A DNA stretch of 57,984 bases, from positions 1 through 57,984 of the forward strand of contig JAFUKB010000012.1 in NCBI GenBank assembly GCA_017467895.1, in the 5' to 3' direction. Source of the stretch: Clostridia bacterium. Its GTDB lineage: Bacteria > Bacillota > Clostridia > Christensenellales > UBA1242. Positions within the stretch are counted from its first letter, which is position 1, and every line of letters starts with the position of its first letter. The position numbers and the translations under genes are program-made. Under the pieces are notes generated by a model that had not been told where the DNA came from, searched no databases, and saw nothing but the letters and a program-made list of their open reading frames with translations. Positions 53,545 through 57,984 of this stretch are shown here, one piece after another.

Positions 53545-55416
53545 TTATTTTTCCGTTACACCATTTAACGATTTTAAGTAAATTAACAAAACTGAAATAT
53601 CCGCAGGGCTTACACCCGAAATGCGCGACGCCTGCCCCAAGTTTTGAGGACGAATTTTATCAAGTTTTTCACGCGCTTCCAGCCTAATTCCTTTAAGTGC
53701 CAAATAATCAATGTTATCAGGGATTTTTATGCTTTCCTGTTTTAGCAATTTTTCAATGTCCTCTTGTGCCTGAGCAATATATCCCTCATATTTAACCTGA
53801 GTGTTAACATATTCTAGCACTCTTAAATTAAAGCCATCAAAAATCCCATAGGTATTGTTAATGTCAAATATATTTATGTTGCTTCGCTTAATCGCCTTAT
53901 ATGCAGTCATGCCCGCAGTTGGCAAACTTTCGCCTTTGCTTTCAAACAAACCAAGCAAAGTTTGGTCAAGTTTTAATTTTGTTTGCAAAAGAAGAGTTGC
54001 CCTTTGCACACTTTTCTGCTTTTTTAAAAATTTATTATATCTTTTATCATCAACCAGCCCAACTTTTTTACCAACAGGCGTCAAGCGCACATCAGCGTTG
54101 TCTTGCCTTAAAACAAGCCTGTGCTCGGCGCGTGAAGTCATCATGCGGTATGGCTCGTTTGTTCCTTTTGTTACAAGGTCGTCAATTAACACACCAATGT
54201 ATGCCTCATTTCGCTTTAAAACAATTTCTTCTTTGCCTTCAAGTGCAAGGGCGGAATTTATGCCCGCAATAATACCTTGCGCCCCCGCCTCTTCATAGCC
54301 ACTTGTGCCGTTAACCTGCCCAGCAAAATATAGCCCTTTTACAAATTTGCTCTCTAGGGTTGGCTTTAACTCGGTTGAGTCTATTGCGTCATACTCAATG
54401 GCATAGGCGTCGCGCATAATCATGGCGTTTTCTAACCCAGCAATGCTTGCATACATTTGTTTTTGCACATCAACCGGAAGCGAGGTTGACACGCCCTGAA
54501 CATAAAACTCGTTTGTTCCCAACCCCTCTGGCTCCAAAAACAGTTGATGACGCTCTTTATCTGCAAAACGAACAATTTTGCTTTCTATGCTTGGGCAATA
54601 GCGTGGCCCAGTTGAGGAGATTTCGCCATTAAACATTGGCGCACGCTCTAAGTTTTTCAATATAACCTCATGCGTGCTTGAGTTTGTGTAAGTTAAATAA
54701 CACTTTGCCTTGTTTTTTGGCGTTTTGTCTGTCATGAAACTGAAACTTTGAATGTCACAGTCACCTGCCTGCTCTTCCATAACCTCAAAGTTAACCGTTC
54801 TGCCATTTAGCCTTGCAGGCGTGCCCGTTTTAAAACGAACAATGCTATGCCCAGCCTGCATGATGGACTCGGTTAAACTCTCGGCACGAGCAAACCCATT
54901 TGGCCCAACATTTTTAGAATATTCGCCAATAATAATACGGCTTTTTAAATAAACACCCGTAGCAACAACAACCTTTTTGGCAAAATATGTTTCTCCCTGC
55001 TCGGTTAACACGCCAACAATTTCGCCATTTTCAATTAGCAACTGCTTTGCTTCGGCTTGCTTAATATGCAAGTTTGGCTCATCTTCTAGCACGCGTTTCA
55101 TGCGATCGTGATAAGCCTGCTTGTCAACCTGCGCACGCAATGAATACACCGCCGGCCCCTTGCCTGCATTAAGCATTCTAATTTGAATGCTTGTTGCATC
55201 GGTGTTTTTGCCCATTTCGCCACCAAGCGCATCTATTTCACAAACCAAATGCCCTTTGGCAGTTCCACCAATAGATGGGTTGCATGCCAAAAAAGCAATA
55301 GCGTCAAGCGATATTGTTAAAAGTAAAGTTTTGTGCCCTTTTCGCGCAAGTGCCAAACAGGCCTCACAGCCTGCGTGCCCAGCGCCAATAACTATGGCGT
55401 CAAATTGAGTGTTCAT
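53545..55416 (-). CDS. mnmG: tRNA uridine 5-carboxymethylaminomethyl modification enzyme
   Basis: [18 protein letters not shown] motif in a 623-aa protein that is collinear with GidA throughout. GGAGA RBS. Confidence 0.95.
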   Translation of the reverse strand: MNTQFDAIVIGAGHAGCEACLALARKGHKTLLLTISLDAIAFLACNPSIGGTAKGHLVCEIDALGGEMGKNTDATSIQIRMLNAGKGPAVYSLRAQVDKQAYHDRMKRVLEDEPNLHIKQAEAKQLLIENGEIVGVLTEQGETYFAKKVVVATGVYLKSRIIIGEYSKNVGPNGFARAESLTESIMQAGHSIVRFKTGTPARLNGRTVNFEVMEEQAGDCDIQSFSFMTDKTPKNKAKCYLTYTNSSTHEVILKNLERAPMFNGEISSTGPRYCPSIESKIVRFADKERHQLFLEPEGLGTNEFYVQGVSTSLPVDVQKQMYASIAGLENAMIMRDAYAIEYDAIDSTELKPTLESKFVKGLYFAGQVNGTSGYEEAGAQGIIAGINSALALEGKEEIVLKRNEAYIGVLIDDLVTKGTNEPYRMMTSRAEHRLVLRQDNADVRLTPVGKKVGLVDDKRYNKFLKKQKSVQRATLLLQTKLKLDQTLLGLFESKGESLPTAGMTAYKAIKRSNINIFDINNTYGIFDGFNLRVLEYVNTQVKYEGYIAQAQEDIEKLLKQESIKIPDNIDYLALKGIRLEAREKLDKIRPQNLGQASRISGVSPADISVLLIYLKSLNGVTEK

Positions 55417-55441
55417 GTGCTTTCTCCAAAAATTTCATAAA

Positions 55442-55450
55442 ATTGTAGCA
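55442..55450 (-). promoter_or_regulatory. extended -10 element TGCTACAAT of mnmG-rsmG
   Basis: The minus strand reads TTGTAA, an 18-nt spacer, then TACAAT preceded by TGc. Confidence 0.55.
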
Positions 55451-55481
55451 TATTTTGCCAAGCAATTACAATATAACATTG

Positions 55482-55508
55482 CAAAAAAAGAGAAGAATTT
55501 TTCTTCTC
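55482..55508 (-). terminator. terminator of the 87-aa zinc-ribbon gene
   Basis: gagaagaa (55490-55497) / ttcttctc (55501-55508) followed by T7 on the minus strand. Confidence 0.7.
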
Positions 55509-55605
55509 CATTAAAGTTGGCTATATATATTAATTTAACTTACCAATCCGCCTAAAAGTTTTTTGTTTGCAAAAATATGTTTGACGGCATGAATGGCCAC
55601 ATAAA

Positions 55606-55869
55606 CTAATCTTTAAATTTAATCAATGCGCCACAGTTTGGGCATTTGTCTTCACTTTTGTTGACTTTGCTCCCACAATATTCACATTGAACAGTTGTTG
55701 CCTCTTCTACTGAATCGTTAATTTTTGTAACAATGTTTTTAAGTGCATCAAACCCCTCATTGTCAAATATATTAGACGAATCCGAATGATTTTTGACATG
55801 CGATTTAACAACCGAAATAATGATTATTACAAACACAATAAAAAATAATGGTGGAACTATTAAAAACAT
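55606..55869 (-). CDS. small membrane protein with C-terminal zinc ribbon (87 aa)
   Basis: N-terminal TM helix FLIVPPLFFIVFVIIIISVV and CEYCG...CPNCG. GGGAG RBS. Confidence 0.65.
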   Translation of the reverse strand: MFLIVPPLFFIVFVIIIISVVKSHVKNHSDSSNIFDNEGFDALKNIVTKINDSVEEATTVQCEYCGSKVNKSEDKCPNCGALIKFKD

Positions 55870-55939
55870 ATTAATCTCCCAAATTTATTAATAGTTTAAC
55901 TTCTAGTTTGCAAATTTGCAAGTATTTTGCAAAACAATG

Positions 55940-55948
55940 TGATATAAT
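55940..55948 (+). promoter_or_regulatory. extended -10 element TGATATAAT directly upstream of tlyA
   Basis: Only 7 nt separate the TATAAT from the ATG at 55956. Confidence 0.55.
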
Positions 55949-55955
55949 GCATTAT

Positions 55956-56681
55956 ATGAAAAGATTAGATGTTTTATTGTCCGAAAAACAAATTTTTCCA
56001 ACTCGTGAAAAGGCAAAAGAAGCCATTGCAAGCGGAATAATCTACGCAAACGGCAAACTGTGCACAAAAGCAGGCGAAAAGTTTGATGAAAATGTTAACA
56101 TAGAAATTAAAGGCGATGTTTTAAAATATGTTTCTCGCGCAGGCCTTAAGTTAGAAAAAGCAACTAATGAATGGAACATATCTTTTGCCAACAAAACAGT
56201 TATAGATGTTGGTGCTTCAACTGGCGGATTTTCTGATTTTGCATTGCAAAATGGCGCCAAACATGTTTTTGCTGTTGATGTAGGTTTTGGTCAACTGCAC
56301 GAAAAAATTAAAAACAACCCAAAAGTAACCAATTTAGAAAAAACAGATTTTAGAACGCTCCCACCCCTGCCAGAAAAAATTGATATTGCCGTGTGCGACT
56401 GTTCCTTTATTTCTTTAAAACTTTTGCTTCCAAAATTTTGTCAAGTTTTGCCAACCAATGCCGAACTGGTTGTTTTAATAAAGCCTCAATTTGAATGCGG
56501 AAAACAAATAGCACAAAAAACACATGGCGTTATAAAAGACGAAAAGTTGCAACAAAAAGTTAAAACCGATATAATATCAACTTTTGAAGCAAACAACTTT
56601 AAATGCCTTGGTTCTTGCGAATCGCCAATTTTGGGCACTGCAGGCAACCGTGAGTTTTTGGCATACTTTGTTAAAAAATAA
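55956..56681 (+). CDS. tlyA: TlyA-family rRNA 2'-O-methyltransferase (S4 domain plus FtsJ-like)
   Basis: MKRLDVLLSEKQIFPTREKAKEAI..., YVSRAGLKLEKA, IDVGASTGGFSDFALQNGAKHVFAVDVGFGQL. The start could also be the in-frame ATG at 55947. Confidence 0.85.
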   Translation: MKRLDVLLSEKQIFPTREKAKEAIASGIIYANGKLCTKAGEKFDENVNIEIKGDVLKYVSRAGLKLEKATNEWNISFANKTVIDVGASTGGFSDFALQNGAKHVFAVDVGFGQLHEKIKNNPKVTNLEKTDFRTLPPLPEKIDIAVCDCSFISLKLLLPKFCQVLPTNAELVVLIKPQFECGKQIAQKTHGVIKDEKLQQKVKTDIISTFEANNFKCLGSCESPILGTAGNREFLAYFVKK

Positions 56682-56706
56682 GCAATGCAAGCAACCTAAA
56701 TTTATC

Positions 56707-56744
56707 AAAAAAATATCGAGTAACTAAACACCCGATATTTTTTA
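56707..56744 (+). terminator. tlyA intrinsic terminator
   Basis: aaatatcg (56711-56718) / cgatattt (56733-56740) followed by a T-run. Confidence 0.65.
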
Positions 56745-56779
56745 TGGTAATTTTTCTTTTGCAAAATTATGCTGCAATA

Positions 56780-56928
56780 GTTATTACGAGGAGCGAGAGA
56801 GAATGCGCAAACATGTTTGCAGGCATTCGAAATCGCGACGAAGTAAAATCGCGTAGCGTTATTACGAGGAGCGAAGAGCCAAGCGCGAAGCATTTGGCTA
56901 GACGCGACGAAGCCTAAAATCAATGCCA
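56780..56928 (+). repeat. tandem pair of ~78-nt GC-rich structured repeat units (candidate ncRNA body)
   Basis: Both units start GTTATTACGAGGAGCGA and end CGCGACGAAG..AAAATC. The central hairpin differs but stays paired: GAATGC/GCATTC in unit 1 and AGCCAA/TTGGCT in unit 2. Confidence 0.6.
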
Positions 56929-56950
56929 TAAACGCATGCTTATGCATGCA

Positions 56951-56992
56951 TTGGTGCAAAAGCACCAACTAATTTTGCTGAAACAAAATTAG
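56951..56992. terminator. two adjacent hairpins between the repeat region and the stop of the DUF6273-like gene
   Basis: ttggtgc aaaa gcaccaa (56951-56968) and ctaattttg ctgaaa caaaattag (56969-56992). Confidence 0.5.
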
Positions 56993-56994
56993 AT

Positions 56995-57984
56995 TTATGG
57001 CATTGTTATTTCAAAAGCCGCGCGAACGCCGTAGCTGCTATTCACAATGCCGTGGTCCAAATAGCCATCGCCTACCACATAGTGCGCTCCGCCAGCGTAG
57101 TTAGGGTTAGGAGAGCGCAACCACCAACTAGCAACACTGCCGTTGTAGTCGCCTGCCGTATTCCCTATGCCGCATACAAATAGGTCGCCCAGAAGAGCGG
57201 TTTCGGCTTCATTTAAGAGCCAGAGTTTTGACGAGAAAGCATTTTCTTGTGTGCCTGCAGTGCTATTGTAGTTTGTTATATATGTTTCATTTACTTCTCT
57301 TTTGGTTATGTCATAAAGCATTCCAGAGGTAATCCCTGTTGCTGCTTGATATGCATAACCTGAAAGATATTCGTGTATAACGCTTTGGTCATAGTCATTT
57401 CCATCACTCATTAATGCGTTGAACTTTTGACCTGTTATCAAACTCTTAAATTCAGTATCATTAGGGTCACCATGGTAACCACCTGCTGTTACATAGCGTT
57501 GAATGAACCAGAAAGTATGGTTCTTTGCGTTATCTAATGTCATTGTTGCACCTGTTAGGCTATACCATTTTTGTTCGCCTACTGTTACAACTGTTGAACT
57601 TGTTACAAAACTTGGTTTTGTGTATGTGTCGCCTTCGCCAAGCACTGCAAATGCAAACCATTCTATTTCTTCTTCATGTGGTGAATTTGCATATGTATAG
57701 TCGGCGTCAGTTCCATGACCCATGGTTGTTACCAATTCACCATCGTCATTTACTGTGAACTCTGGTGCTATGTATTTTGAGAAATCCATTGTTATGGTTA
57801 AGTTGTCATCGCTTGCTGGCATGTCTATTTTGTTATAAGCATTGCCTGTTTTTTCTAGGCTTAATGTTATTGTAAACTCTATGTTTTGTGCGCCTGTTTC
57901 AAGTTTGATTGGGTCACTGCCTGTTACTTTTACATTACTTGGTTTTGTTACCGCTCCCATGCTTGCAACTATTGGATATGCAGA
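56995..57984 (-). CDS. secreted/surface protein with C-terminal DUF6273-like domain, probably 5'-truncated by the window edge
   Basis: The C-terminus WWLRSPNPNYAGGAHYVVGDGYLDHGIVNSSYGVRAAFEI fits the WLRSP...GVRPA signature. The frame stays open upstream of the ATG at 57960, with no RBS or signal peptide there. Confidence 0.6.
   Translation of the reverse strand, partial: SAYPIVASMGAVTKPSNVKVTGSDPIKLETGAQNIEFTITLSLEKTGNAYNKIDMPASDDNLTITMDFSKYIAPEFTVNDDGELVTTMGHGTDADYTYANSPHEEEIEWFAFAVLGEGDTYTKPSFVTSSTVVTVGEQKWYSLTGATMTLDNAKNHTFWFIQRYVTAGGYHGDPNDTEFKSLITGQKFNALMSDGNDYDQSVIHEYLSGYAYQAATGITSGMLYDITKREVNETYITNYNSTAGTQENAFSSKLWLLNEAETALLGDLFVCGIGNTAGDYNGSVASWWLRSPNPNYAGGAHYVVGDGYLDHGIVNSSYGVRAAFEITMP

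Noticed and set aside
53855-54298. ORFs of 60-147 aa antisense to mnmG, rsmG, ileS, helD, dapA and other genes in the track.
   Set aside because: All are embedded in well-supported conserved genes on the opposite strand or in another frame, and they lack RBS and recognisable motifs.
56780-56928. Possible CRISPR array.
   Set aside because: There are only two units, the conserved part flanks a variable hairpin rather than a repeat-spacer layout, and no cas genes are in the window.
56705-56968. 87-aa minus-strand ORF across the GC-rich repeat region.
   Set aside because: It has no RBS. Its translation merely echoes the DNA repeat (APRNNA.../APRNNY...), and the repeat units differ by indels that would not be tolerated in-frame. 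An RNA- or DNA-level element fits better.

Overview
AT-rich chromosomal window with uninterrupted standard-code ORFs, GGAGG-type ribosome-binding sites and extended -10 promoters (TGnTAYAAT). Gene content looks like an anaerobic low-GC Bacillota-type organism: mrnC-rlmB-sigH synteny, helD, rubrerythrin, and a T-box leader on ileS. About 45% of the window is one minus-strand ORF (362..26323, 25,962 nt, 8,653 aa from the SD-preceded ATG). It encodes a Sec-signal, repeat-built surface protein that ends in a single TM helix and a 256-aa Lys/Pro-rich tail instead of an LPXTG, SLH or other known wall anchor. This giant gene and its unusual promoter are the main candidate for something undescribed. 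Around it sit further TM- or lipid-anchored surface proteins: a 381-aa type-I protein, a 914-aa SGNH esterase fused to Listeria-Bacteroides repeats, two lipoproteins and a DUF6273-like protein. Housekeeping genes are helD, asd, ileS, ldh, an ADP-ribosylglycohydrolase, tRNA-Arg, an M16 peptidase, a dapA-lysC-ATP-grasp operon, rubrerythrin, sigH, rlmB, mrnC, rsmG, mnmG and tlyA. Non-coding oddities include a 40-nt dispersed repeat always fused to terminators and bracketing the dapA operon, and a T-armless tRNA-like element co-transcribed with tRNA-Arg. Others are a DnaA-box cluster plus TTATGCATAA palindromes between rsmG and mrnC, and a GC-rich tandem pair of structured repeats (candidate ncRNA) after tlyA. 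No transposase, integrase, CRISPR array or rRNA was seen. Sub-gene coordinates inside the giant ORF are hand-mapped and approximate.
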